Made by a program: the position numbers and the translations under genes. DNA of 64,000 bases. It comes from Escherichia phage vB_EcoM_FT. The DNA is taken from sequence record MT682710.1; one strand, 5' to 3'. The notes beneath the pieces are model-generated. The model was not told the DNA's origin and searched no databases. It saw nothing but the letters and a program-made list of their open reading frames with translations. Shown in pieces: positions 1 to 9,123 of the stretch. Each line of letters begins with the position of its first letter. Position 1 is the stretch's first letter.

Positions 1-2467
1 TGTACTAGAAGTATTTGTGGCCGGTCAATTTGCTGGTACTCAGAGATATACTGTAAGATCTGGTAACGTATATGTTCGATCTTTGTCTGCTAAATGGAAC
101 GGTGTTAACGGTCCGTGGGGAGTTTGGCGTAATGTTCAAGCGTCAACTCGTCCACTTTCACAAACGATTGACCTTGATAGCTTGGGAGAATTAGAACATT
201 GCGGCTTATGGCGAAATAGTTCAAGTTCTATCGCATCGTTTGACCGTCATTATCCAGAAGAAGGATCAGCCGCACAAGGATTTTTGGAAATTTTTGAGGG
301 TGGTTTATACGCAAGAACTCAACGTTATACAACTAGATTTGGTGTTGTTTATACTCGCTGTCTTGCTGCTGCATGGGATGCATCTGCGCCTAAATGGGGA
401 CCGTGGCAACAAGTCGGTAATGTCACACCGGCGACTTTCTATGACGGAGACTTGAATGATTTTAAAGCTCCTGGGTTATATAACATTTTAGGCACTGATG
501 CCGTTATTAACTGTCCTACTGGTGAAGGTTTACCAGCCGTTATTGTTGGTTTGCTGGAAGTTAAACAGCGTGCTTCTGGTGGTGCTATTTTCCAAAAATT
601 TACTACTGCCGGAACGGGTGAAACTACTCGCGATCGTATTTTTGAGCGTGCATATACTGGTGGTGCGTGGGGTGCATGGAACGAAGTATATACATCTTAT
701 TCTCTTCCAATTACTTTGGGTATGGGTGGTATTAAAGCTCAATTAGCGGAGTTAGATTGGCAAACCTTTGATTTTGTTCCTGGTAGTATGTTTAGCGTTC
801 CTTTGAACAAAATAAAGAACATGCCAGCAAATATGGATTGGGGGACGATTGACGGAAACTTGGTTATGTTTTCCGTTGGTCCTAGCGAACACACTGGCAC
901 AGGGCGTACTGTTCAGGTTTGGCGCGGTACTGTATCCCAGACAAACTACCGTTATTTCGTTGTTCGTATCGCTGGTAATCCAGGAAGTAGGACTAATACT
1001 TGTCGCCGTGTTGTTCTTGAAGACGGATCACATACTTGGACTGCTCAACAAAACTTTAGGGGATTGCTGAATATCACTGCTGCTGTTAATCTTGGTGCTA
1101 ATCAGAAAATTTCACTTGCTCCAGGAGCATATATTCAAGCCCCTGCTAGCGGTTCTGGTTCTAATACTTACGCAAATCAGAATACTACCATTGCGCCATT
1201 ATATCAGGCTATTGACGATTCAAATAAAAACCAGTTTGCGCCAATTGTTAAACAGAAAAATACTGTAAGTAATATCACCTTTGCCACTGGTATGGCTATA
1301 GGTACATCCGAATATAAGATCATTGCTCAGGGTGATTTATCCGCTGATGGAACAGCAGATGGGTTAAAACAGTGGACTTTCATGCCGTCAGGTTATTTTA
1401 AATCTCCAGGGCGTGTATATGTCGGTGATGCGTTCCTTAATACAGATGGTAACATTGCTGGTTCAATCTGGAAGAAATACAACGATGCAACCAATTTAGA
1501 TGCTGCCTTGAATACTCGCCTAGGTAAAGGCGGTGATACGATGACAGGTCGGTTAACAATCAATGCACCTAATGATTCTATTGTATTATCAACGACTGCT
1601 AGTAATTCTTTGCATATTCGTGGTGACATAGACGGGACTGGTAACTGGTATATTGGTAAGGGTGGTGCTGATAATTCGCTAGCATTTTATAGCTATGCTT
1701 CTCAGGCGGCAGTACATATCACAAACAATGGTGAGATTGCGTTAACCCCGCAAAATACCGCAATGGTTAACGTTAACCGTGACCGTGTACACATTAACGG
1801 TTCTGGATGGATTGCTAGACAACCGGGTGATTGGGGCAACCAATGGCGAGTAGAAGCTCCATTATTCGTTGATCATGGTTATGTTTCACAGGATTGTTAT
1901 TATCCTATTCTTAAAGCAAGAAGCGTTATAACCAATCAAGGATATAGCACCGCTGTTGACTTTGGTATGCGTCGTATTCCATCACAGTGGGGGCAAGCAA
2001 TCATTCGTGTCGGATCCACGGAGGCTTCTCCTGATGCTGGACACCCACAAGCTGTGTTTGAATTCCATCATGATGGATTCTTTTATACACCAGGAAATGG
2101 TAGCTTTAGCGATGTGTATATTCGTTCTGACTCCCGTCTCAAGATTAATAAAGAAGAATTAGAATATGGAGCGGTCGAAAAAGTTTGCCGACTGAAAGTT
2201 TATATTTACGATAAAGTTAAGTCTATTAAAGACCGTAGTGTTATTAAACGTGAAGTTGGTATTATTGCTCAGGACCTTGAAAAGGAATTACCGGAAGCTG
2301 TATCTAAAGTTGAAGTTGATGGATCTGATGTTCTGACAATTTCTAACTCTGCTGTGAATGCTCTTTTAATTAAGGCTATTCAGGAAATGAGTGAAGAAAT
2401 TAAAGAATTGAAAACGCCTCTCTTTACTAAAATTGCTCGCAAAATTAGTAAATATTTTAAATTCTAA
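1..2467 (+). CDS. 37: long tail fibre distal subunit gp37, 3' part (5' end outside window), with C-terminal intramolecular chaperone-like domain
   Basis: Frame is open from the window edge to TAA at 2465-2467. Fibre-like G/S/T/N-rich sequence with two copies of a TQRYT-R-G-VY-R-L-A-W motif. The last ~113 aa, starting at SDSRLK (nt 2126), resemble the auto-cleaved chaperone domain of phage fibres. Followed by 38 and t. Confidence 0.85.
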   Translation, partial: VLEVFVAGQFAGTQRYTVRSGNVYVRSLSAKWNGVNGPWGVWRNVQASTRPLSQTIDLDSLGELEHCGLWRNSSSSIASFDRHYPEEGSAAQGFLEIFEGGLYARTQRYTTRFGVVYTRCLAAAWDASAPKWGPWQQVGNVTPATFYDGDLNDFKAPGLYNILGTDAVINCPTGEGLPAVIVGLLEVKQRASGGAIFQKFTTAGTGETTRDRIFERAYTGGAWGAWNEVYTSYSLPITLGMGGIKAQLAELDWQTFDFVPGSMFSVPLNKIKNMPANMDWGTIDGNLVMFSVGPSEHTGTGRTVQVWRGTVSQTNYRYFVVRIAGNPGSRTNTCRRVVLEDGSHTWTAQQNFRGLLNITAAVNLGANQKISLAPGAYIQAPASGSGSNTYANQNTTIAPLYQAIDDSNKNQFAPIVKQKNTVSNITFATGMAIGTSEYKIIAQGDLSADGTADGLKQWTFMPSGYFKSPGRVYVGDAFLNTDGNIAGSIWKKYNDATNLDAALNTRLGKGGDTMTGRLTINAPNDSIVLSTTASNSLHIRGDIDGTGNWYIGKGGADNSLAFYSYASQAAVHITNNGEIALTPQNTAMVNVNRDRVHINGSGWIARQPGDWGNQWRVEAPLFVDHGYVSQDCYYPILKARSVITNQGYSTAVDFGMRRIPSQWGQAIIRVGSTEASPDAGHPQAVFEFHHDGFFYTPGNGSFSDVYIRSDSRLKINKEELEYGAVEKVCRLKVYIYDKVKSIKDRSVIKREVGIIAQDLEKELPEAVSKVEVDGSDVLTISNSAVNALLIKAIQEMSEEIKELKTPLFTKIARKISKYFKF

Positions 2468-2473
2468 CAACAA

Positions 2474-2488
2474 GGGGGAAATGCCCCC
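2474..2488 (+). other. GC stem-loop (GGGGG-aaatg-CCCCC) between 37 and 38
   Basis: Perfect 5-bp G/C stem directly after the gene 37 stop; only three T follow, so more likely an RNA stability or processing hairpin than a terminator. Confidence 0.35.
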
Positions 2489-2503
2489 TTTGGAGTATAA
2501 ATT

Positions 2504-3304
2504 ATGGCAGTAGTTGGTGTTCCTGGTTGGATTGGAAGTTCAGCCGCAAATGAAACAGGACAGCGCTGGATGAGTCAAGCGGCTGGTCAATTAAGATTGG
2601 GTGTTCCTTGCTGGATGAGTCAATTTGCAGGTCGCTCACGAGAAATTATTCACACGCTTGGAGCAGACCATAACTTCAATGGTCAATGGTTCCGAGATAG
2701 ATGTTTTGAGGCAGGTAGTGCACCTATAGTGTTTAATATTACCGGAAATTTGGTATCATATTCTAGAGATGTTCCTTTATTCTTCATGTACGGAGATACA
2801 CCGAATGAATATGTTCAATTAAATATTATTGGGGGCGCTCATATGTGGGGTAGAGGTGGACAAGGTGGATGGACTCATTCCGGTGGAGATGGTAATGGAC
2901 AACAAGGCGGGCATTGTATTCAAAATGACATTGGCGGACGATTAAGAATTAACAACGGTGGAGTAATTTGCGGTGGAGGTGGAGGTGGAGGTGGTATCGC
3001 TTATCGTCCTCACTCTGGCGCAAACTGGCAAGATATTGGTGGTGGCGGTGGAAGACCATTTGGCCCAGGAGGTGGCGGCGGTTACTCGGGTGGCGCAGCT
3101 TCATACGACGGTCCAGGAGGTGGTTATCAATACGGAAATGCTCATTCTGGCCAGGGTGGCGATGCCGGAGGAAATGGACAAAATGCCTGGTCGGATGGCG
3201 GTAAAGTTCTAAAGGTTGGTGCAGGAGGAGCAGCAGGTTATGCTGTCATAGGGTCTGCTCCAACGTGGCAAAATGTTGGAGCAATATATGGTCCAAGAGT
3301 ATAA
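2504..3304 (+). CDS. 38: receptor-recognising adhesin gp38, T2-type with glycine-rich motifs
   Basis: ATG at 2504 with GGAG 8 nt upstream. 266 aa: conserved N-terminal part, then poly-Gly blocks ([22 protein letters not shown]) separating short variable segments. Lies between 37 and t. Confidence 0.85.
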   Translation: MAVVGVPGWIGSSAANETGQRWMSQAAGQLRLGVPCWMSQFAGRSREIIHTLGADHNFNGQWFRDRCFEAGSAPIVFNITGNLVSYSRDVPLFFMYGDTPNEYVQLNIIGGAHMWGRGGQGGWTHSGGDGNGQQGGHCIQNDIGGRLRINNGGVICGGGGGGGGIAYRPHSGANWQDIGGGGGRPFGPGGGGGYSGGAASYDGPGGGYQYGNAHSGQGGDAGGNGQNAWSDGGKVLKVGAGGAAGYAVIGSAPTWQNVGAIYGPRV

Positions 3305-3334
3305 TGTGAATAAATACCCTTAAAAGGAGGGTCT

Positions 3335-3991
3335 ATGGCAGCACCTAGAATATCATTTTCGCCCTCTGATATTCTGTTTGGTGTTCTAGATCGCTTGTTC
3401 AAAGATAACGCTACCGGGAAAGTTCTTGCTTCCCGGGTAGCTGTCGTAATTCTTTTATTTATGATGGCGATTGTTTGGTATAGGGGAGATAGTTTCTTTG
3501 AGTACTATAAGCAATCAAAGTATGAAACATACAGTGAAATTATTGAAAAGGAAAGAAATGCACGCTTTGAATCTGTCGCCCTGGAACAACTCCAGATAGT
3601 TCATATATCATCTGAGGCAGACTTTAGTGCGGTGTATTCTTTCCGCCCTAAAAACTTAAACTATTTTGTTGATATTATAGCATATGAAGGAAAATTACCT
3701 TCAACAATAAGTGAAAAATCACTTGGAGGATATCCTGTTGATAAAACTATGGATGAATATACAGTTCATTTAAATGGACGTCATTATTATTCCGACTCAA
3801 AATTTGCTTTTTTACCAACTAAAAAGCCTACTCCCGAAATAAACTACATGTACAGTTGTCCATATTTTAATTTGGATAATATCTATGCTGGAACAATAAC
3901 CATGTACTGGTATAGAAATGATCATATAAGTAATGACCGCCTTGAATCAATATGTGCTCAGGCGGCCAGAATATTAGGAAGGGCTAAATAA
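3335..3991 (+). CDS. t: holin T
   Basis: 218 aa; sequence matches the T4 holin as I recall it (MAAPRISFSPSDILFGVLDRLFKDNATGK...); AAGGAGG 5 nt upstream of the ATG; one N-terminal TM segment and a large periplasmic domain. Confidence 0.95.
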   Translation: MAAPRISFSPSDILFGVLDRLFKDNATGKVLASRVAVVILLFMMAIVWYRGDSFFEYYKQSKYETYSEIIEKERNARFESVALEQLQIVHISSEADFSAVYSFRPKNLNYFVDIIAYEGKLPSTISEKSLGGYPVDKTMDEYTVHLNGRHYYSDSKFAFLPTKKPTPEINYMYSCPYFNLDNIYAGTITMYWYRNDHISNDRLESICAQAARILGRAK

Positions 3992-4264
3992 TTATTTGTT
4001 CGTATACATCTCTAGATATCGATATACACCCTCAAAACCCTCGTTGAATTCGTCGATGAGGGTTTTCTTATCTTCTTGAGTTAATTCAGAAACAATTTTA
4101 CGAAATGAATTCTGATTTAACTTTCTATCTTCATGCGTTACTCCAATCTCATTCAGAAATGCAATAAAATTAGCACGATTCTCAACAATATCTTCTCTGG
4201 AAAATTTAATCAAAATAGACGCAACAGTAATAATTTCACGAACTGTATCAATGTTTTTATTCAT
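3992..4264 (-). CDS. asiA: anti-sigma70 factor AsiA
   Basis: 90 aa; sequence (MNKNIDTVREIITVASILIKFSREDIV...) matches T4 AsiA as recalled; convergent with t with no intergenic space. Confidence 0.9.
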   Translation of the reverse strand: MNKNIDTVREIITVASILIKFSREDIVENRANFIAFLNEIGVTHEDRKLNQNSFRKIVSELTQEDKKTLIDEFNEGFEGVYRYLEMYTNK

Positions 4265-4276
4265 TAACTATACCAC

Positions 4277-4429
4277 TCAATTAGTTGACTTTGTTATAAT
4301 ATCATCAGACGTTTGATTTGTAAACTGGTCTGTGTTATTTTCTTCAAAAATTTTTTCTACGAATTCCTTGAACGACTCACGTTCCTGAGCTACATTATGC
4401 TCGATTACCATTTCAAGATTATAACTCAT
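4277..4429 (-). CDS. small hypothetical protein (50 aa)
   Basis: ATG overlaps the arn stop (ATGA); fills the asiA-arn gap; not in the ORF track because it is under 60 aa. Confidence 0.4.
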   Translation of the reverse strand: MSYNLEMVIEHNVAQERESFKEFVEKIFEENNTDQFTNQTSDDIITKSTN

Positions 4430-4704
4430 TCGAAATAATCTTCAATTTCATAATCATGGACATAAATCATTATAGTTTTTAATACATCATCAATACTTTT
4501 TCCTGGAGCTGGAATTACGTAAAAATATCCTGCTTTTGAGAGGTCTTTATAAGTTCCAATCAAGAAATCATTATTCTCAAGATGTAGTTCTTCAACTAAT
4601 TCATTAACAATTGAGTGGTATAAATTTGGTAGAAACTTATATAGCTTTTCTAGAATATCAATTTTGATTGTATATTGAACCACAGATTGAGAATCAATAA
4701 TCAT
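4426..4704 (-). CDS. arn: Arn-like anti-restriction protein (candidate McrBC inhibitor)
   Basis: 92 aa acidic protein at the position and length of T4 Arn, directly upstream of asiA in the transcription direction. Confidence 0.6.
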   Translation of the reverse strand: MIIDSQSVVQYTIKIDILEKLYKFLPNLYHSIVNELVEELHLENNDFLIGTYKDLSKAGYFYVIPAPGKSIDDVLKTIMIYVHDYEIEDYFE

Positions 4705-4787
4705 AGACCTTCCCCTTATGTTTCTGTTTGCGATTAGATTCTTTAAACGCTTTCTTCTTATCTTTATGGACAGAAGCTTTATTAAAA

Positions 4788-5006
4788 TTATGTTTTGCGA
4801 CTAAATTGTTCATAATGCTGAATTACCTCTCTTAAACATTTGCATGTGAATGAAAACTTTTTAGCTACACCACATTCAAATATATGTTCTCTTAAATCAC
4901 GTGTATCAGTATATCCCATCTCAACAATAAAATGCCGTATTAGATTTTTATCTTTATCATTGAGAGAATTAAAATAATCAGATTTTGAATTAATTTCCCT
5001 GGCCAA
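4788..5006 (-). CDS. hypothetical protein (72 aa)
   Basis: ORF in the arn-motA accessory cluster; no recognisable motif. Confidence 0.4.
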   Translation of the reverse strand: MAREINSKSDYFNSLNDKDKNLIRHFIVEMGYTDTRDLREHIFECGVAKKFSFTCKCLREVIQHYEQFSRKT

Positions 5007-5286
5007 ATTGAATCACCTTCAGTTGACGTTTTAATTCTTTTATCATTTCTTCGTTCATCGCAATATAAAGATCGCGTAAAGCAGGTTTTAGCATTCCATT
5101 TACCGGAAAACTAAATGGGCATACATAATCTTTTCCTACGAGCTTTTTAGTGAATTCCATATCACAGAACTGAAATGCCGGTTCATTTGTATAAATTCCC
5201 CAATTAGTTGACATCATTTTATTGGCATATTCCAACGCCTGGATTTGATTCTTAATTCCATCAATTTGAAACTTTTTAATATTCAT
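4990..5286 (-). CDS. hypothetical protein (98 aa)
   Basis: ORF in the arn-motA accessory cluster, tightly packed with neighbours. Confidence 0.45.
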   Translation of the reverse strand: MNIKKFQIDGIKNQIQALEYANKMMSTNWGIYTNEPAFQFCDMEFTKKLVGKDYVCPFSFPVNGMLKPALRDLYIAMNEEMIKELKRQLKVIQFGQGN

Positions 5287-5753
5287 TAGTAAAGGTCCTC
5301 AGAGTAAAGTTCTTTTTCACTACCACCACGTTCAATACGCACTTGTCCAGCGTAAGTTGCAATAATCATTGCTTCTTCACGTGTCCAGTAATTGCTATAC
5401 TGGTCAATAAATCCTTGGTCTTCACCACAAACATGGTCTGATACAAGTTTATCACTTACCTGGTCAAGAACTTCAGCCATATCTTTAGAATAATGACGAG
5501 CACCAGGAATAACCAGAGTCCCACCATCTTTTAACTTAAAGCGGTTGGCTGCACACACAATTCGACGTTGATATTTTTCATTATTGTTCCAATGAGCTAC
5601 TTGCCAACAGATTTCAGGAACCTCTTCTAAAACATCCTCTTCCGTATATTCGGTGTAGTCGCCATAGGCCTGTAATTTAGCTGCTAGACTTTCTGGAGTT
5701 TCACGTAATAAAGCCAGGTCTAATAATTCAAGACGCTCTTTGAAGGTTTTCAT
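5286..5753 (-). CDS. hypothetical protein (155 aa)
   Basis: ATGA overlap with the upstream small ORF; acidic N-terminus; no domain I can assign. Confidence 0.5.
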   Translation of the reverse strand: MKTFKERLELLDLALLRETPESLAAKLQAYGDYTEYTEEDVLEEVPEICWQVAHWNNNEKYQRRIVCAANRFKLKDGGTLVIPGARHYSKDMAEVLDQVSDKLVSDHVCGEDQGFIDQYSNYWTREEAMIIATYAGQVRIERGGSEKELYSEDLY

Positions 5754-5905
5754 TTGGTTTCCTCAACACTTTTAATTTTTATAGCTTGTTTAGAACTTTC
5801 AAAGCATTGACAATATACTCTTACCGCATCAAACTGGTTGGCCGCTTTAAGATGGACTACACCTTCGCCGTTATAAAATTCTACGACAATTTTAAATGTT
5901 TTCAT
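5750..5905 (-). CDS. small hypothetical protein (51 aa)
   Basis: Translated by hand as [20 protein letters not shown]...; ATGA overlaps at both ends with flanking genes. Confidence 0.4.
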   Translation of the reverse strand: MKTFKIVVEFYNGEGVVHLKAANQFDAVRVYCQCFESSKQAIKIKSVEETK

Positions 5906-6231
5906 TTAAACCATCCTTTAATACGTTGCCATAAAGTTTTCTGTTGAGCTTTGTTAACACCAATTGAGCGAATAACTGGTTGAGATTCATGGAATTCTTT
6001 ATAATCAGCAAGGTAAATTTCGTAAGCTGAATCCATAAAGGAACTTATAGCTGCCATGAAATTATTGCGAATACCTACTGGAGCATCTTTACTTTCACGA
6101 ATAATCATGTATTTGCCAGTCTTAATCTTTACGATAGTTCCAAGATAAGCTCCATGGTACCAGATGTCCCAACCCTCTTGAGTAGGTTCTACACAACGAC
6201 GAAGTTCATTGACAATTTCTAACTTGTTCAT
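5902..6231 (-). CDS. hypothetical protein (109 aa)
   Basis: ORF in the arn-motA cluster; follows motA in the transcription direction. Confidence 0.45.
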   Translation of the reverse strand: MNKLEIVNELRRCVEPTQEGWDIWYHGAYLGTIVKIKTGKYMIIRESKDAPVGIRNNFMAAISSFMDSAYEIYLADYKEFHESQPVIRSIGVNKAQQKTLWQRIKGWFK

Positions 6232-6241
6232 TATTTATTCC

Positions 6242-6877
6242 TCACAGTTCAGATGCTACAGTGATTACAGCTTCAATGTTTTCTGCCGAACGTTTAATGT
6301 CAAGATACACATTACCGTTTTTAGCGATTTTACATGACATTCCGATGTCAGTAAATTTCTGAATATGATGTTCCATCATTTTGTATCCAAAAATTCGCAT
6401 ATTTCCATTGTTGTTAATTTCAAAATTACGAATTCCGTGAGTGCGTTTTTCTAAAATAGCGAGATAGTTACTGCGGTAAGTTTCAACCTTTTTAAGAACA
6501 AATCCATTTTCATCTAAAAGTTTTAACATGAAGTCTTTATCTTCTTCCATATCAGAAGTAATTTCGCGAGCTTTACGAGTTGCTCGTTTTTTCAGCAGTT
6601 CCGGAGCGTTTTCCTGTGCGTATAAAGTTGCTGCATTTGAAATAATATCCTGAGCTTCACCAGTAATGATTAATCCATCACCAGATTTCTCCACCAGGCC
6701 TTTTTTAATCAATACCCCAATATTACTATTAACTACTGCATTGCCTAAATCTGGATGCACCTCACGAACTTCTGCAGCTGTAATGAAATCTTTCTTAGCA
6801 ATGGTAATTAAAATCGCAGCAGTTTTTTCATTCAGAATATCGTTAGAAGCTTTGATGATGTAAGTTACTTTAGACAT
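6242..6877 (-). CDS. motA: middle-transcription activator MotA
   Basis: 211 aa; sequence (MSKVTYIIKASNDILNEKTAAILITIAKKDFITAAEV...) matches T4 MotA as recalled. Confidence 0.9.
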   Translation of the reverse strand: MSKVTYIIKASNDILNEKTAAILITIAKKDFITAAEVREVHPDLGNAVVNSNIGVLIKKGLVEKSGDGLIITGEAQDIISNAATLYAQENAPELLKKRATRKAREITSDMEEDKDFMLKLLDENGFVLKKVETYRSNYLAILEKRTHGIRNFEINNNGNMRIFGYKMMEHHIQKFTDIGMSCKIAKNGNVYLDIKRSAENIEAVITVASEL

Positions 6878-6907
6878 TTTAATCTCCGTTTCAGTTCATT
6901 TATTTGA

Positions 6908-6945
6908 TAGGTCTATAGTATCATGTTTAAAGCAGAAGTAAACAC
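6908..6945 (-). promoter_or_regulatory. early (sigma70-type) promoter upstream of motA
   Basis: On the minus strand: GTTTAC -35, about 17 nt spacer, TACTAT(A) -10, then a GGAGA Shine-Dalgarno and the motA ATG. Confidence 0.55.
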
Positions 6946-6982
6946 TTTTTTGCACTCTTTTTCAAGAGCTCTAATAAAGTAC

Positions 6983-7210
6983 TTACTTAATGTTCAGATT
7001 ACGAACTTCGATTTCGTCTTCATGGGCAAAATCAAACTGTTTGAATTCTGTGTCACCTTTAAATTTAAAAATCATTGTGAAGAAAGTCAGAACACCAGGT
7101 TTTTCTTCACGAACTCCACAGATATCATATTCAATACCATCTACAACCAGTTTGTTAGCAGTCAGAGCATTTTTAGCTTTAACGATTTCGTTTTCGATTT
7201 TAAATTTCAT
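6983..7210 (-). CDS. hypothetical protein (75 aa)
   Basis: ORF preceded by a conserved early promoter cassette and a GGAG RBS. Confidence 0.5.
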   Translation of the reverse strand: MKFKIENEIVKAKNALTANKLVVDGIEYDICGVREEKPGVLTFFTMIFKFKGDTEFKQFDFAHEDEIEVRNLNIK

Positions 7211-7254
7211 TTTTTGTATCTCCGGGTTGTTTGTTTCAGTTCATTTATTTGATA

Positions 7255-7292
7255 GTTGTATAGTACCACAGTATGCTTTGGTTGTAAACCGT
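7255..7292 (-). promoter_or_regulatory. early promoter cassette (member of dispersed repeat family)
   Basis: Minus strand TGTTTACAACC...(18)...TACTATACAACTATCAAATAAATGAACTGAAAC; the same core recurs at about 10905, 38695 and 63412. Confidence 0.55.
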
Positions 7293-7310
7293 TTTGTGAA
7301 AAAATTTTTG

Positions 7311-7340
7311 AAATAAAAAAGGGAGAGCCGAGGCTCTCCC
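7311..7340 (-). terminator. rho-independent terminator after the gene 52 operon
   Basis: Perfect 9-bp stem GGGAGAGCC/GGCTCTCCC followed on the minus strand by a U6 run. Confidence 0.75.
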
Positions 7341-7345
7341 TAAAA

Positions 7346-7495
7346 TTACTGCATGACTGTGATAACTGTCATGATAACACGTTGAATTCCGAACGCAAGA
7401 AGACCTCCTGCTACGGCAGGAACAACACCTAAACCCGCCAGTAAAATGCCACCAGATACTAATGCAGCGCTTGTGATACCAATGAATGGACTCAT
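7346..7495 (-). CDS. small hydrophobic Gly/Ala-rich membrane peptide (49 aa)
   Basis: ATG overlaps the gene 52 stop (ATGA); product MSPFIGITSAALVSGGILLAGLGVVPAVAGGLLAFGIQRVIMTVITVMQ; immediately followed by a terminator. Confidence 0.45.
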   Translation of the reverse strand: MSPFIGITSAALVSGGILLAGLGVVPAVAGGLLAFGIQRVIMTVITVMQ

Positions 7496-8820
7496 TTGAT
7501 TTCCTCTAAATCTTTGGTGTATTCTGTAACTACATCAGTAGTTTTCCAATATTCGTTTTCTTCTTTTTTGGCTTTAGCTTCTTCAGCAAGTTTCTTTGCT
7601 TCGTCGGAAGTCATATGAAAAATGTTCATTCCAACTAGTTTATCAACATAAGAAGAATACATATCAATTTTAGAAAGTTCTTCGGTCAGTTCTTTGCGAG
7701 TTTTACCTTGTACAACAATTTCACCTGAAATTACTTTCTTAATGAAATGTGCCTTGGCAAAAGCTAAACGAAATGCTGATTCAGTTTCTTTGATTTTGTT
7801 ATCAATTCGTTTTTGGACATAAGTTTTACGAACTTCAACGAAGTCTTTGATTAAATCAACTACATTATCGTAAACTTGCAGCTTTCCTTTCTCATTAATG
7901 ACGGTAATATTCTGGGAACGACGCTCAATCAACCCGAAGTCTTTCATAATTTTTGCATGGCGTTCTTCTTCATTATCGCTCAAAGAGTATTCTTTTCGGA
8001 ATTTAACTTTGAAGCCAAAGCCATGCTCACCACAAGCATCATCCCATGTAATGAAGCCTTTATCTTCAAGCGGGTCTAAGATTTTACTCACATAAGTTTC
8101 ACGATCATACTTATATGGAATCTCAGTGATATGCATTTGAGTTCGTGAAGTAAACTTATATGTTCCACGAATTTCATATTGCCCATCAATTTCAACGACT
8201 TCACCACGAAATTCTGGGAATTCTACCTTCGGTTTAGTTACTTTCTTTCCTTGAAGAGCTTGCAGTACAGCTTTCTTGACAGAAGAAACACTATGAGGAA
8301 GAATGTAAGTTGCATAACCAGTTGCAATACCGGAAACGCCATTAAGAAGAACAGTAGGAATAATAGGCAAATAGAAAGCAGGCGGAATGTGTTCTTTATC
8401 TTGATGTACTGGAGCATATTCAGTATCTTTATATACGTTATAGAAATTTTTACTTACACGAGCAAAAATATAACGACTTGCTGCTGCCTTTTGGACAGTA
8501 CGAGAACCAAAGTTTCCTTGACCGTCTAACAGAGGAAAGTTATTATTCCAAGTGTTAGCCATCAAAGCACCTGCGTCTTGCGCAGAGTTTTCACCATGAT
8601 GATATCCAAGGTCCGCTACACCGCCTGCGATAGAAGCGAGTTTGTGAAACTTATCTTTATTTCCTCGTGCCAAATCAAGAGCTCGAGCAATAACAAATCG
8701 TTGAACTGGCTTAAATCCGTCAATCATATTTGGAATGGCACGATTTTCAACCGTGTACATAGCATAAGCCAATGCTTCATTATCAATGATACTTTTTAAA
8801 TCACGATTATTCAGTTGCAT
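7492..8820 (-). CDS. 52: DNA topoisomerase II medium subunit (GyrA-like)
   Basis: 442 aa, the T4 gp52 length; N-terminal type IIA topoisomerase cleavage-core sequence (...NRAIPNMIDGFKPVQRFV...). Confidence 0.9.
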   Translation of the reverse strand: MQLNNRDLKSIIDNEALAYAMYTVENRAIPNMIDGFKPVQRFVIARALDLARGNKDKFHKLASIAGGVADLGYHHGENSAQDAGALMANTWNNNFPLLDGQGNFGSRTVQKAAASRYIFARVSKNFYNVYKDTEYAPVHQDKEHIPPAFYLPIIPTVLLNGVSGIATGYATYILPHSVSSVKKAVLQALQGKKVTKPKVEFPEFRGEVVEIDGQYEIRGTYKFTSRTQMHITEIPYKYDRETYVSKILDPLEDKGFITWDDACGEHGFGFKVKFRKEYSLSDNEEERHAKIMKDFGLIERRSQNITVINEKGKLQVYDNVVDLIKDFVEVRKTYVQKRIDNKIKETESAFRLAFAKAHFIKKVISGEIVVQGKTRKELTEELSKIDMYSSYVDKLVGMNIFHMTSDEAKKLAEEAKAKKEENEYWKTTDVVTEYTKDLEEIK

Positions 8821-8824
8821 AAAT

Positions 8825-8965
8825 TTACCATACTAGTGAATGTAGTGCCATAATAACATCAGAAATGAAAAGCACGACTTGAATTAATCCGAACATTATT
8901 CCGTAATATAATGCTATCAATAAAATAGCAAGGGCTAATGAATAGCCCAAGATTTTCTTAATCAT
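8825..8965 (-). CDS. small membrane peptide (46 aa)
   Basis: Hydrophobic ORF MIKKILGYSLALAILLIALYYG... directly upstream of gene 52. Confidence 0.4.
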   Translation of the reverse strand: MIKKILGYSLALAILLIALYYGIMFGLIQVVLFISDVIMALHSLVW

Positions 8966-9116
8966 TAGTAGATAACAACACAAATGTTAAATATGCACAC
9001 ATACCCTGAGCTAAAGCTTGCGAAAACACACTGCTGGCATCAATACAGATAGTTAAAACACATGCTACTATCCAACAAATAAATGAAATAACTCCTAATA
9101 ATTTTGCGATATTCAT
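8958..9116 (-). CDS. ac: small membrane protein, ac-like (52 aa)
   Basis: Hydrophobic 52-aa ORF between stp and gene 52, the position of T4 ac (about 51 aa). Confidence 0.5.
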   Translation of the reverse strand: MNIAKLLGVISFICWIVACVLTICIDASSVFSQALAQGMCAYLTFVLLSTND

Positions 9117-9123
9117 ATTTTCC

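Noticed and set aside
240-1629. Track ORFs inside gene 37 in other frames or on the opposite strand (240-455, 498-746, 530-742, 849-1070, 1393-1629)
   Set aside because: They lie entirely within the long gp37 frame, have no RBS and have low-complexity products; taken as alternative-frame artefacts.
2496-2503. TATAAATT as a late promoter for gene 38
   Set aside because: The box overlaps the RBS and is only 1 nt from the ATG, so a transcript starting there could not include the start codon; 38 is more likely co-transcribed with 37.
2968-3212. Arg/Trp-rich and Val/Glu-rich ORFs (2968-3204, 2973-3212)
   Set aside because: These are the other reading frames of the GGN-repeat region of gp38; the repetitive products come from the codon repeats.
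6923-7316. Plus-strand ORFs 6923-7252 and 6990-7316
   Set aside because: Antisense to a minus-strand ORF that has a promoter and RBS; products are Phe/Ser-rich low complexity; no RBS.
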